From the NCBI GenBank assembly GCA_964276515.1, contig OZ193910.1:7688001-7752000 (forward strand): 64,000 nucleotides of DNA. Direction: 5' to 3'. Origin of the DNA: Gordius albopunctatus. Taxonomy: Eukaryota. The notes under the pieces were generated by a model. It ran no database searches and was not told where the DNA came from. It saw nothing but the letters and a program-made list of their open reading frames with translations. Both the position numbers and the translations under genes were made by a program. This document shows positions 13,495-26,463 of this stretch, piece by piece. Numbering within the stretch: the stretch's first letter is position 1; each line of letters starts with the position of its first letter.

Positions 13495-16400
13495 GATTGA
13501 GAGAAATTAAAATTTAGGTGTTGCGTTTATATTGTTTCAATATCGCTTTATAATCGAGCTCTATGCGATCGTGATTTAGAGTTAATAATTTTTGATGACT
13601 GATCAAAAAAATGTTTTTCAAGGAATTCATCTCTTATACCGAAAACTTTCATGAGAGCTATATGGTTGAACAAAAAAATTGAAAAAATTTTGAGGTCGAA
13701 AAAATAATATTTTTCATATTTTTTCGAAAGGGAGATGAAAAAATCTTTAAAAGTTAGTAAATATTCTTAGCATTTTGTCCTTGTTTGAATATTGATAGAA
13801 ATTTATGCGTGGGGGGATGTTTGAGATTGAGAGAAATTAAAATTTTCGTGCTGCGTTTATATTGTTTCAATATCGCTTTATAAGCGTGTCTCTAGTTTTA
13901 GTGAAACAAGCTCGATGCGATCGTGATTTAGAGTTAATAATTTTTGATGACTGATCAAAAAAATGTTTTTCAAGGAATTCACCTCTTATACCGAAAACTT
14001 TCATGAGAGCTATATGGTTGAACAAAAAAATTGAAAAAATTTTGAGGTCGAAAAAAATATTATTTTTCAAATTCTTTCGAAAGGGAGATGAAAAAATCTT
14101 TAAAAGTTAGTAAATATTCTCAGCATTTTGTCCTTTTTAGAATCTTGATAGGAATTTATGCGTGGGGGGATGTTTTAGATTGAGAGAAATTAAAATTTTC
14201 GTGTTGCGTTTAGATTGATTCAATATCGATTTATAAGCGTGTCTCTAGTTTTAGTGAAACAAGCTCTATGCGATCGTGATTCAGAGTTAATAATTTTTGA
14301 TGACTGATCAAAAAAATGTTTTTCAAGGAATTCATCTCTTATACGGAAAACTTTCATGAGAGCTATATGGTTGAACAAAAAAAATTAAAACAATTTCGAG
14401 GTCGAAAAAAATATTATTTTTCATATTCTTTCGAAAGGGAGATGAAAAAATCTTTAAAAGTTAGTAAATATTCTTAGAATTTTGTCCTTGTTAGAATCTT
14501 GATAGGAATTTTTGCGTTGGCGATGTTTGAGATTGAGAGAAATTAAAATTTTCGTGTGGCGTTTAGATTGATTCAATATCGCTTTATAAGCGTGTCTCTA
14601 GTTTTAGTGAAACAAGCTCTATGCGATCGTGATTTAGAGTTAATAATTTTTGATGACTGATCAAAAAAATGTTTTTCATGGAATTCATCTCTTATACGGA
14701 AAACTTTAATGAGAGCTATATGGTTGAACAAAAAAATTGAAAAAATTTTGAGGTCGAAAAAAATATTATTTTTCATATTCTTTCGAAAGGGAGATGAAAA
14801 AATCTTTAAAAGTTAGTAAATATTCTTAGCATTTTGTCCTTGTTAGAATCTTGATAGAAATTTATGCGTGGGGGGATGTTTTAGATTGAGAGAAATTAAA
14901 ATTTAGGTGTTGCGTTTATATTGTTTCAATATCGCTTTATAAGCGTGTCTCTAGTTTTAGTGAAACAAGCTCTATGCGATCGTGATTTAGGGTTAATAAT
15001 TTTTGATGACTGATCAAAAAAATGTTTTTCAAGGAATTCACCTCTTATACCGAAAACTTTCATGAGAGCTATATGGTTGAACAAAAAAAATTAAAACAAT
15101 TTTGAGGTCGAAAAAAATATTATTTTTCATATTGTTTCGAAAGGGAGATGAAAAAATCTTTAAAAGTTATTAAATATTCTTAGCATTTTGTCCTTGTTAG
15201 AATCTTGATAGAAATTTATGCGTGGGGGGATGTTTTAGATTGAGAGAAATTAAAATTTAGGTGTTGAGTTTATATTGTTTCAATATCGCTTTATAAGCGT
15301 GTCTCTAGTTTTAGTGAAACAAGCTCTATGCGATCGTGATTTAGAGTTAATAATTTTTGATGACTGATCAAAAAAATGTTTTTCAAGGAATTCACCTCTT
15401 ATACCGAAAATTTTCATGAGAGCTATATGGTTGAACAAAAAAATTGAAAAAATTTTGAGGTCGAAAAAAATATTATTTTTCATATTGTTTCGAAAGGGAG
15501 ATGAAAAAATCTTTAAAAGTTAGTAAATATTCTTAGCATTTTGTCCTTGTTAGAATCTTGATAGGAATTTTTGCGTGGGGGGATGTTTTAGATTGAGAGA
15601 AATTAAAATTTAGGTGTTGCGTTTATATTGTTTCAATATCGCTTTATAAGCGAGCTCTATGCGATCGTGATTTAGTGTTAATAATTTTTGATGACTGATC
15701 AAAAAAATGTTTTTCAAGGAATTCACCTCTTATACCGAAAACTTTCATGAGAGCTATATGGTTGAACAAAAAAATTGAAAAAATTTTGAGGTCGAAAAAA
15801 TTATTATTTTTCATATTCTTTTGAAAGGGAGATGAAAAAATCTTTAAAAATTAGTAAATATTCGTAGCATTTTGTCCTTGTTAGAATCTTGATAGGAATA
15901 TATGCGTGGGGGGATGTTTGAGATTGAGAGAAATTAAAATTTTCGTGCTGCGTTTATATTGTTTCAATATCGCTTTATAAGCGTGTCTCTAGTTTTAGTG
16001 AAACAAGCTCGATGCGATCGTGATTTAGAGTTAATAATTTTTGATGACTGATCAAAAAAATGTTTTTCAAGCAATTCACCTGTTATACCGAAAACTTTCA
16101 TGAGAGCTATATGGTTGAACAAAAAAATTGAAAAAATTTTGAGGTCGAAAAAAATATTATTTTTCAAATTCTTTCGAAAGGATGATGAAAAAATCTTTAA
16201 AAGTTAGTAAATATTCTTAGCATTTTGTCCTTGTTAGAATCTTGACAGAAATTTATGCGTGGGGGGATGTTTTAGATTGAGAGAAATTAAAATTTAGGTG
16301 TTGCGTTTATATTGTTTCAATATCGCTTTATAAGCGTGTCTCTAGTTTTAGTGAAACAAGCTCGATGCGATCGTGATTTAGAGTTAATAATTTTTGATGA

Positions 16401-18513
16401 CTGATCAAAAAAATGTTTTTCAAGCAATTCACCTGTTATACCGAAAACTTTCATGAGAGCTATATGGTTGAACAAAAAAATTGAAAAAATTTTGAGGTCG
16501 AAAAAAATATTATTTTTCAAATTCTTTCGAAAGGATGATGAAAAAATCTTTAAAAGTTAGTAAATATTCTTAGCATTTTGTCCTTGTTAGAATCTTGACA
16601 GAAATTTATGCGTGGGGGGATGTTTTAGATTGAGAGAAATTAAAATTTAGGTGTTGCGTTTATATTGTTTCAATATCGCTTTATAAGCGTGTCTCTAGTT
16701 TTAGTGAAACAAGCTCTATGCGATCGTGATTTAGAGATAATAATTTTTGACGACTGATCAAAAAAATGTTTTTAAAGGAATTCACCTCTTATACCGAAAA
16801 CTTTCATGAGAGCTATATGGTTGAACAAAAAAATAGAAAAAATTTTGAGGTCCAAAAAAATTATTATTTTTCATATTCTTTCGAAAGGGAGATGAAAAAA
16901 TCTTTAAATGTTAGTAAATATTCTTAGCATTTTGTCCTTGTTAGAATCTTGAAAGGAATTTATGCGTGGGGGGATGTTTTAGATTGAGAGAAATTAAAAT
17001 TTAGGTGTTGCGTTTATATTGTTTCAATATCGCTTTATAATCGAGCTCTATGCGATCGTGATTTAGAGTTAATAATTTTTGATGACTGATCAAAAAAATG
17101 TTTTTCAAGGAATTCATCTCTTATACCGAAAACTTTCATGAGAGCTATATGGTTGAACAAAAAAATTGAAAAAATTTTGAGGTCGAAAAAATAATATTTT
17201 TCATATTTTTTCGAAAGGGAGATGAAAAAATCTTTAAAAGTTAGTAAATATTCTTAGCATTTTGTCCTTGTTTGAATATTGATAGAAATTTATGCGTGGG
17301 GGGATGTTTGAGATTGAGAGAAATTAAAATTTTCGTGCTGCGTTTATATTGTTTCAATATCGCTTTATAAGCGTGTCTCTAGTTTTAGTGAAACAAGCTC
17401 GATGCGATCGTGATTTAGAGTTAATAATTTTTGATGACTGATCAAAAAAATGTTTTTCAAGGAATTCACCTCTTATACCGAAAACTTTCATGAGAGCTAT
17501 ATGGTTGAACAAAAAAATTGAAAAAATTTTGAGGTCGAAAAAAATATTATTTTTCAAATTCTTTCGAAAGGGAGATGAAAAAATCTTTAAAAGTTAGTAA
17601 ATATTCTCAGCATTTTGTCCTTTTTAGAATCTTGATAGGAATTTATGCGTGGGGGGATGTTTTAGATTGAGAGAAATTAAAATTTTCGTGTTGCGTTTAG
17701 ATTGATTCAATATCGCTTTATAAGCGTGTCTCTAGTTTTAGTGAAACAAGCTCTATGCGATCGTGATTCAGAGTTAATAATTTTTGATGACTGATCAAAA
17801 AAATGTTTTTCAAGGAATTCATCTCTTATACGGAAAACTTTCATGAGAGCTATATGGTTGAACAAAAAAAATTAAAACAATTTCGAGGTCGAAAAAAATA
17901 TTATTTTTCATATTCTTTCGAAAGGGAGATGAAAAAATCTTTAAAAGTTAGTAAATATTCTTAGAATTTTGTCCTTGTTAGAATCTTGATAGGAATTTTT
18001 GCGTTGGCGATGTTTGAGATTGAGAGAAATTAAAATTTTCGTGTGGCGTTTAGATTGATTCAATATCGCTTTATAAGCGTGTCTCTAGTTTTAGTGAAAC
18101 AAGCTCTATGCGATCGTGATTTAGAGTTAATAATTTTTGATGACTGATCAAAAAAATGTTTTTCATGGAATTCATCTCTTATACGGAAAACTTTAATGAG
18201 AGCTATATGGTTGAACAAAAAAATTGAAAAAATTTTGAGGTCGAAAAAAATATTATTTTTCATATTCTTTCGAAAGGGAGATGAAAAAATCTTTAAAAGT
18301 TAGTAAATATTCTTAGCATTTTGTCCTTGTTAGAATCTTGATAGAAATTTATGCGTGGGGGGATGTTTTAGATTGAGAGAAATTAAAATTTAGGTGTTGC
18401 GTTTATATTGTTTCAATATCGCTTTATAAGCGTGTCTCTAGTTTTAGTGAAACAAGCTCAATGCGATCGTGATTTAGGGTTAATAATTTTTGATGACTGA
18501 TCAAAAAAATGTT
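13495..18513. repeat. Duplication with a 3487-bp (10-monomer) offset: ~13495-15026 copied at ~16982-18513
   Basis: ORF pairs 13867/17354 and 14573/18060. Shared private markers TTCTCAGC, GTCCTTTTTAGAA and TTTCATGGAATTC. Confidence 0.85.
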
Positions 18514-18884
18514 ACAAGGAATTCACCTCTTATACCGAAAACTTTCATGAGAGCTATATGGTTGAACAAAAAAAATTAAAACAATTTTGAGGTCGAAAAA
18601 AATATTATTTTTCATATTCTTTCGAAAGGGAGATGAAAAAATCTTTAAAAGTTATTAAATATTCTTAGCATTTTGTCCTTGTTAGAATCTTGATAGGAAT
18701 TTTTGCGTGGGGGGATGTTTGAGATTGAGAGAAATTAAAATTTAGGTGTTGCGTTTATATTGTTTCAATATCGCTTTATAAGCGTGTCTCTAGTTTTAGT
18801 GAAACAAGCTCTATGCGATCGTGATTTAGAGTTAATAATTTTTGATGACTGATCAAAAAAATGTTTTTCAAGGAATTCACCTTT

Positions 18885-21800
18885 TATACCGAAAACTTTC
18901 ATGAGAACTATATGGTTGAACAAAAAAATTAAAACAATTTTGAGGTCGAAAAAAATATTATTTTTCATATTCTTTCAAAAGGGAGATGAAAAAATCTCTA
19001 AAAGTTAGTAAATATTCTTAGCATTTTGTCCTTGTTAGAATCTTGATAGGAATTTATGCGTGGGGGGATGTTTGAGATTTAGAGAAATTAAAATTTAGGT
19101 GTTGCGTTTATATTGTTTCAATATCGCTTTATAAGCGTGTCTCTAGTTTTAGTGAAACAAGCTCTATGCGATCGTGATTCAGAGTTAATAATTTTTGATG
19201 ACTGATCAAAAAATGTTTTTCAAGGAATTCATCTCTTATACGGAAAACTTTCATGAGAGCTATATGGTTGAACAAAAAAAATTAAAACAATTTCGAGGTC
19301 GAAAAAAATATTATTTTTCATATTCTTTCGAAAGGGAGATGAAAAAATCTTTAAAAGTTAGTAAATATTCTTAGAATTTTGTCCTTGTTAGAATCTTGAT
19401 AGGAATTTTTGCGTTGGCGATGTTTGAGATTGAGAGAAATTAAAATTTTCGTGTGGCGTTTAGATTGATTCAATATCGCTTTATAAGCGTGTCTCTAGTT
19501 TTAGTGAAACAAGCTCTATGCGATCGTGATTTAGAGTTAATAATTTTTGATGACTGATCAAAAAAATGTTTTTCAAGGAATTCATCTCTTATACCGAAAA
19601 CTTTCATGAGAGCTATATGGTTGAACAAAAAAAATTAAAACAATTTTGAGGTCGAAAAAAATATTGTTTTTCATATTCTTTCGAAAGGGAGATGAAAAAA
19701 TCTTTAAAAGTTATTAAATATTCTTAGCATTTTGTCCTTGTTAGAATCTTGATAGGAATTTTTGCGTGGGGGGATGTTTGAGATTGAGAGAAATTAAAAT
19801 TTAGGTGTTGCGTTTATATTGTTTCAATATCGCTTTATAAGCGTGTCTCTAGTTTTAGTGAAACAAGCTCTATGCGATCGTGATTTAGAGTTAATAATTT
19901 TTGATGACTGATCAAAAAAATGTTTTTCAAGGAATTCACCTCTTATACCGAAAACTTTCATGAGAGCTATATGGTTGAACAAAAAAATAGAAAAAATTTT
20001 GAGGTCGAAAAAATTATTATTTTTCATATTCTTTTGAAAGGGAGATGAAAAAATCTTTAAAAGTTAGTAAATATTCTTAGCATTTTGTCCTTGTTAGAAT
20101 CTTGATAGGAATTTTTGCGTGGGGGGATGTTTGAGATTGAGAGAAATTAAAATTTTCGTGTTGCGTTTATATTGTTTCAATATCGCTTTATAAGCGTGTC
20201 TCTAGTTTTAGTGAAACAAGCTCTATGCGATCGTGATTCAGAGTTAATAATTTTTGATGACTGATCAAAAAATGTTTTTCAAGGAATTCATCTCTTATAC
20301 GGAAAACTTTCATGAGAGCTATATGGTTGAACAAAAAAAATTAAAACAATTTCGAGGTCGAAAAAAATATTATTTTTCATATTCTTTCGAAAGGGAGATG
20401 AAAAAATCTTTAAAAGTTAGTAAATATTCTTAGAATTTTGTCCTTGTTAGAATCTTGATAGGAATTTTTGCGTTGGCGATGTTTGAGATTGAGAGAAATT
20501 AAAATTTTCGTGTGGCGTTTAGATTGATTCAATATCGCTTTATAAGCGTGTCTCTAGTTTTAGTGAAACAAGCTCTATGCGATCGTGATTTAGAGTTAAT
20601 AATTTTTGATGACTGATCAAAAAAATGTTTTTCAAGGAATTCATCTCTTATACCGAAAACTTTCATGAGAGCTATATGGTTGAACAAAAAAAATTAAAAC
20701 AATTTTGAGGTCGAAAAAAATATTGTTTTTCATATTCTTTCGAAAGGGAGATGAAAAAATCTTTAAAAGTTATTAAATATTCTTAACATTTTGTCCTTGT
20801 TAGAATCTTGATAGGAATTTTTGCGTGGGGGGATGTTTGAGATTGAGAGAAATTAAAATTTAGGTGTTGCGTTTATATTGTTTCAATATCGCTTTATAAG
20901 CGTGTCTCTAGTTTTAGTGAAACAAGCTCTATGCGATCGTGATTTAGAGTTAATAATTTTTGATGACTGATCAAAAAAATGTTTTTCAAGGAATTCACCT
21001 TTTATACCGAAAACTTTCATGAGAGCTATATGGTTGAACAAAAAAATTGAAAAAATTTTGAGGTCGAAAAAAATATTATTTTTCATATTGTTTCGAAAGG
21101 GAGATGAAAAAATCTTTAAAAGTTAGTAAATATTCTTAGCATTTTGTCCTTGTTAGAATCTTGATAGGAATTTATGCGTGGGGGGATGTTTTAGATTGAG
21201 AGAAATTAAAATTTAGGTGTTGCGTTTATATTGTTTCAATATCGCTTTATAATCGAGCTCTATGCGATCGTGATTTAGAGTTAATAATTTTTGATGACTG
21301 ATCAAAAAAATGTTTTTCAAGGAATTCATCTCTTATACCGAAAACTTTCATGAGAGCTATATGGTTGAACAAAAAAATTGAAAAAATTTTGAGGTCGAAA
21401 AAATAATATTTTTCATATTTTTTCGAAAGGGAGATGAAAAAATCTTTAAAAGTTAGTAAATATTCTTAGCATTTTGTCCTTGTTTGAATATTGATAGAAA
21501 TTTATGCGTGGGGGGATGTTTGAGATTGAGAGAAATTAAAATTTTCGTGCTGCGTTTATATTGTTTCAATATCGCTTTATAAGCGTGTCTCTAGTTTTAG
21601 TGAAACAAGCTCGATGCGATCGTGATTTAGAGTTAATAATTTTTGATGACTGATCAAAAAAATGTTTTTCAAGGAATTCACCTCTTATACCGAAAACTTT
21701 CATGAGAACTATATGGTTGAACAAAAAAATTAAAACAATTTTGAGGTCGAAAAAAATATTATTTTTCATATTCTTTCAAAAGGGAGATGAAAAAATCTCT

Positions 21801-24053
21801 AAAAGTTAGTAAATATTCTTAGCATTTTGTCCTTGTTAGAATCTTGATAGGAATTTATGCGTGGGGGGATGTTTGAGATTTAGAGAAATTAAAATTTAGG
21901 TGTTGCGTTTATATTGTTTCAATATCGCTTTATAAGCGTGTCTCTAGTTTTAGTGAAACAAGCTCTATGCGATCGTGATTCAGAGTTAATAATTTTTGAT
22001 GACTGATCAAAAAATGTTTTTCAAGGAATTCATCTCTTATACGGAAAACTTTCATGAGAGCTATATGGTTGAACAAAAAAAATTAAAACAATTTCGAGGT
22101 CGAAAAAAATATTATTTTTCATATTCTTTCGAAAGGGAGATGAAAAAATCTTTAAAAGTTAGTAAATATTCTTAGAATTTTGTCCTTGTTAGAATCTTGA
22201 TAGGAATTTTTGCGTTGGCGATGTTTGAGATTGAGAGAAATTAAAATTTTCGTGTGGCGTTTAGATTGATTCAATATCGCTTTATAAGCGTGTCTCTAGT
22301 TTTAGTGAAACAAGCTCTATGCGATCGTGATTTAGAGTTAATAATTTTTGATGACTGATCAAAAAAATGTTTTTCAAGGAATTCATCTCTTATACCGAAA
22401 ACTTTCATGAGAGCTATATGGTTGAACAAAAAAAATTAAAACAATTTTGAGGTCGAAAAAAATATTGTTTTTCATATTCTTTCGAAAGGGAGATGAAAAA
22501 ATCTTTAAAAGTTATTAAATATTCTTAGCATTTTGTCCTTGTTAGAATCTTGATAGGAATTTTTGCGTGGGGGGATGTTTGAGATTGAGAGAAATTAAAA
22601 TTTAGGTGTTGCGTTTATATTGTTTCAATATCGCTTTATAAGCGTGTCTCTAGTTTTAGTGAAACAAGCTCTATGCGATCGTGATTTAGAGTTAATAATT
22701 TTTGATGACTGATCAAAAAAATGTTTTTCAAGGAATTCACCTCTTATACCGAAAACTTTCATGAGAGCTATATGGTTGAACAAAAAAATAGAAAAAATTT
22801 TGAGGTCGAAAAAATTATTATTTTTCATATTCTTTTGAAAGGGAGATGAAAAAATCTTTAAAAGTTAGTAAATATTCTTAGCATTTTGTCCTTGTTAGAA
22901 TCTTGATAGGAATTTTTGCGTGGGGGGATGTTTGAGATTGAGAGAAATTAAAATTTTCGTGTTGCGTTTATATTGTTTCAATATCGCTTTATAAGCGTGT
23001 CTCTAGTTTTAGTGAAACAAGCTCTATGCGATCGTGATTCAGAGTTAATAATTTTTGATGACTGATCAAAAAATGTTTTTCAAGGAATTCATCTCTTATA
23101 CGGAAAACTTTCATGAGAGCTATATGGTTGAACAAAAAAAATTAAAACAATTTCGAGGTCGAAAAAAATATTATTTTTCATATTCTTTCGAAAGGGAGAT
23201 GAAAAAATCTTTAAAAGTTAGTAAATATTCTTAGAATTTTGTCCTTGTTAGAATCTTGATAGGAATTTTTGCGTTGGCGATGTTTGAGATTGAGAGAAAT
23301 TAAAATTTTCGTGTGGCGTTTAGATTGATTCAATATCGCTTTATAAGCGTGTCTCTAGTTTTAGTGAAACAAGCTCTATGCGATCGTGATTTAGAGTTAA
23401 TAATTTTTGATGACTGATCAAAAAAATGTTTTTCAAGGAATTCATCTCTTATACCGAAAACTTTCATGAGAGCTATATGGTTGAACAAAAAAAATTAAAA
23501 CAATTTTGAGGTCGAAAAAAATATTGTTTTTCATATTCTTTCGAAAGGGAGATGAAAAAATCTTTAAAAGTTATTAAATATTCTTAACATTTTGTCCTTG
23601 TTAGAATCTTGATAGGAATTTTTGCGTGGGGGGATGTTTGAGATTGAGAGAAATTAAAATTTAGGTGTTGCGTTTATATTGTTTCAATATCGCTTTATAA
23701 GCGTGTCTCTAGTTTTAGTGAAACAAGCTCTATGCGATCGTGATTTAGAGTTAATAATTTTTGATGACTGATCAAAAAAATGTTTTTCAAGGAATTCACC
23801 TTTTATACCGAAAACTTTCATGAGAGCTATATGGTTGAACAAAAAAATTGAAAAAATTTTGAGGTCGAAAAAAATATTATTTTTCATATTGTTTCGAAAG
23901 GGAGATGAAAAAATCTTTAAAAGTTAGTAAATATTCTTAGCATTTTGTCCTTGTTAGAATCTTGATAGGAATTTATGCGTGGGGGGATGTTTTAGATTGA
24001 GAGAAATTAAAATTTAGGTGTTGCGTTTATATTGTTTCAATATCGCTTTATAA
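18885..24053. repeat. Duplication with a 2801-bp (8-monomer) offset: ~18885-21252 copied at ~21686-24053
   Basis: ORF pairs 19824/22625 and 20883/23684. Private markers TTCAAAAGGG, ATCTCTAAAA and GAGATTTAGAG occur at ~18976-19080 and ~21777-21881. Confidence 0.88.
19824..20176 (+). repeat. Representative full-length 353-bp monomer
   Basis: TCAATATCGCTTTATAAGCG starts at 19824 and again at 20177. Confidence 0.95.
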
Positions 24054-26463
24054 GCGTGTCTCTAGTTTTAGTGAAACAAGCTCTTTGCGATCGTGATTTA
24101 GAGATAATAATTTTTGACGACTGATCAAAAAAATGTTTTTCAAGGAATTCACCTCTTATACCGAAAATTTTCATGAGAGCTATATGGTTGAACAAAAAAA
24201 TTAAAACAATTTTGAGGTCGAAAAAAATATTATTTTTCATATTGTTTCGAAAGGGAGATGAAAAAATCTTTAAAAGTTATTAAATATTCTTAGCATTTTG
24301 TCCTTGTTAGAATCTTGATAGGAATTTTTGCGTGGGGGGATGTTTGAGATTGAGAGAAATTAAAATTTTCGTGTTGCGTTTATATTGTTTCAATATCGCT
24401 TTATAAGCGTGTCTCTAGTTTTAGTGAAACAAGCTCTATGCGATCGTGATTCAGAGTTAATAATTTTTGATGACTGATCAAAAAAATGTTTTTCAAGGAA
24501 TTCATCTCTTATACCGAAAACTTTCATGAGAGCTATATGGTTGAACAAAAAAAATTAAAACAATTTTGAGGTCGAAAAAAATATTGTTTTTCATATTCTT
24601 TCGAAAGGGAGATGAAAAAATCTTTAAAAGTTATTAAATATTCTTAGCATTTTGTCCTTGTTAGAATCTTGATAGGAATTTTTGCGTGGGGGGATGTTTG
24701 AGATTGAGAGAAATTAAAATTTAGGTGTTGCGTTTATATTGTTTCAATATCGCTTTATAAGCGTGTATCTAGTTTTAGTGAAACAAGCTCTATGCGATCG
24801 TGATTTAGAGTTAATAATTTTTGATGACTGATCAAAAAAATGTTTTTCAAGGAATTCACCTCTTATACCGAAAACTTTCATGAGAGCTATATGGTTGAAC
24901 AAAAAAATAGAAAAAATTTTGAGGTCGAAAAAATTATTATTTTTCATATTCTTTTGAAAGGGAGATGAAAAAATCTTTAAAAGTTAGTAAATATTCTTAG
25001 CATTTTGTCCTTGTTAGAATCTTGATAGGAATTTTTGCGTGGGGGGATGTTTGAGATTGAGAGAAATTAAAATTTTCGTGTTGCGTTTATATTGTTTCAA
25101 TATCGCTTTATAAGCGTGTCTCTAGTTTTAGTGAAACAAGCTCTATGCGATCGTGATTCAGAGTTAATAATTTTTGATGACTGATCAAAAAATGTTTTTC
25201 AAGGAATTCATCTCTTATACGGAAAACTTTCATGAGAGCTATATGGTTGAACAAAAAAAATTAAAACAATTTCGAGGTCGAAAAAAATATTATTTTTCAT
25301 ATTCTTTCGAAAGGGAGATGAAAAAATCTTTAAAAGTTAGTAAATATTCTTAGAATTTTGTCCTTGTTAGAATCTTGATAGGAATTTTTGCGTTGGCGAT
25401 GTTTGAGATTGAGAGAAATTAAAATTTTCGTGTGGCGTTTAGATTGATTCAATATCGCTTTATAAGCGTGTCTCTAGTTTTAGTGAAACAAGCTCTATGC
25501 GATCGTGATTTAGAGTTAATAATTTTTGATGACTGATCAAAAAAATGTTTTTCAAGGAATTCATCTCTTATACCGAAAACTTTCATGAGAGCTATATGGT
25601 TGAACAAAAAAAATTAAAACAATTTTGAGGTCGAAAAAAATATTGTTTTTCATATTCTTTCGAAAGGGAGATGAAAAAATCTTTAAAAGTTATTAAATAT
25701 TCTTAACATTTTGTCCTTGTTAGAATCTTGATAGGAATTTTTGCGTGGGGGGATGTTTGAGATTGAGAGAAATTAAAATTTAGGTGTTGCGTTTATATTG
25801 TTTCAATATCGCTTTATAAGCGTGTCTCTAGTTTTAGTGAAACAAGCTCTATGCGATCGTGATTTAGAGTTAATAATTTTTGATGACTGATCAAAAAAAT
25901 GTTTTTCAAGGAATTCACCTTTTATACCGAAAACTTTCATGAGAGCTATATGGTTGAACAAAAAAATTGAAAAAATTTTGAGGTCGAAAAAAATATTATT
26001 TTTCATATTGTTTCGAAAGGGAGATGAAAAAATCTTTAAAAGTTAGTAAATATTCTTAGCATTTTGTCCTTGTTAGAATCTTGATAGGAATTTATGCGTG
26101 GGGGGATGTTTTAGATTGAGAGAAATTAAAATTTAGGTGTTGCGTTTATATTGTTTCAATATCGCTTTATAAGCGTGTCTCTAGTTTTAGTGAAACAAGC
26201 TCTTTGCGATCGTGATTTAGAGATAATAATTTTTGACGACTGATCAAAAAAATGTTTTTCAAGGAATTCACCTCTTATACCGAAAATTTTCATGAGAGCT
26301 ATATGGTTGAACAAAAAAATTAAAACAATTTTGAGGTCGAAAAAAATATTATTTTTCATATTGTTTCGAAAGGGAGATGAAAAAATCTTTAAAAGTTATT
26401 AAATATTCTTAGCATTTTGTCCTTGTTAGAATCTTGATAGGAATTTTTGCGTGGGGGGATGTT
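22335..26463. repeat. Duplication with a 2119-bp (6-monomer) offset: ~22335-24344 copied at ~24454-26463
   Basis: ORF pairs 22625/24744, 23684/25803 and 24037/26156. Confidence 0.85.

Noticed and set aside
19844..19865. 22-bp TG...CA segment as a mini mobile element
   Set aside because: It is too short, has no target-site duplication at the empty site, and occurs only at one fixed position in the monomer. It is better explained as a deletion.
19824..20176. Monomer as an obvious dimer of ~176-bp subunits
   Set aside because: By eye the halves do not align. Only weak A-tract/T-tract motif echoes (GATCAAAAAAATGTTTTTCA, GTCGAAAAAAATATTATTTTTCA, GATGAAAAAATCTTT) occur, at non-176 spacings. A self-alignment would be needed to exclude an ancient dimer.
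19824..20176. Identity with the Drosophila 1.688 (353/356/359-bp) family or Tribolium ~360-bp satellites
   Set aside because: Only the length and AT-richness are similar. I do not recognise diagnostic sequence from those families, and a database search is needed.
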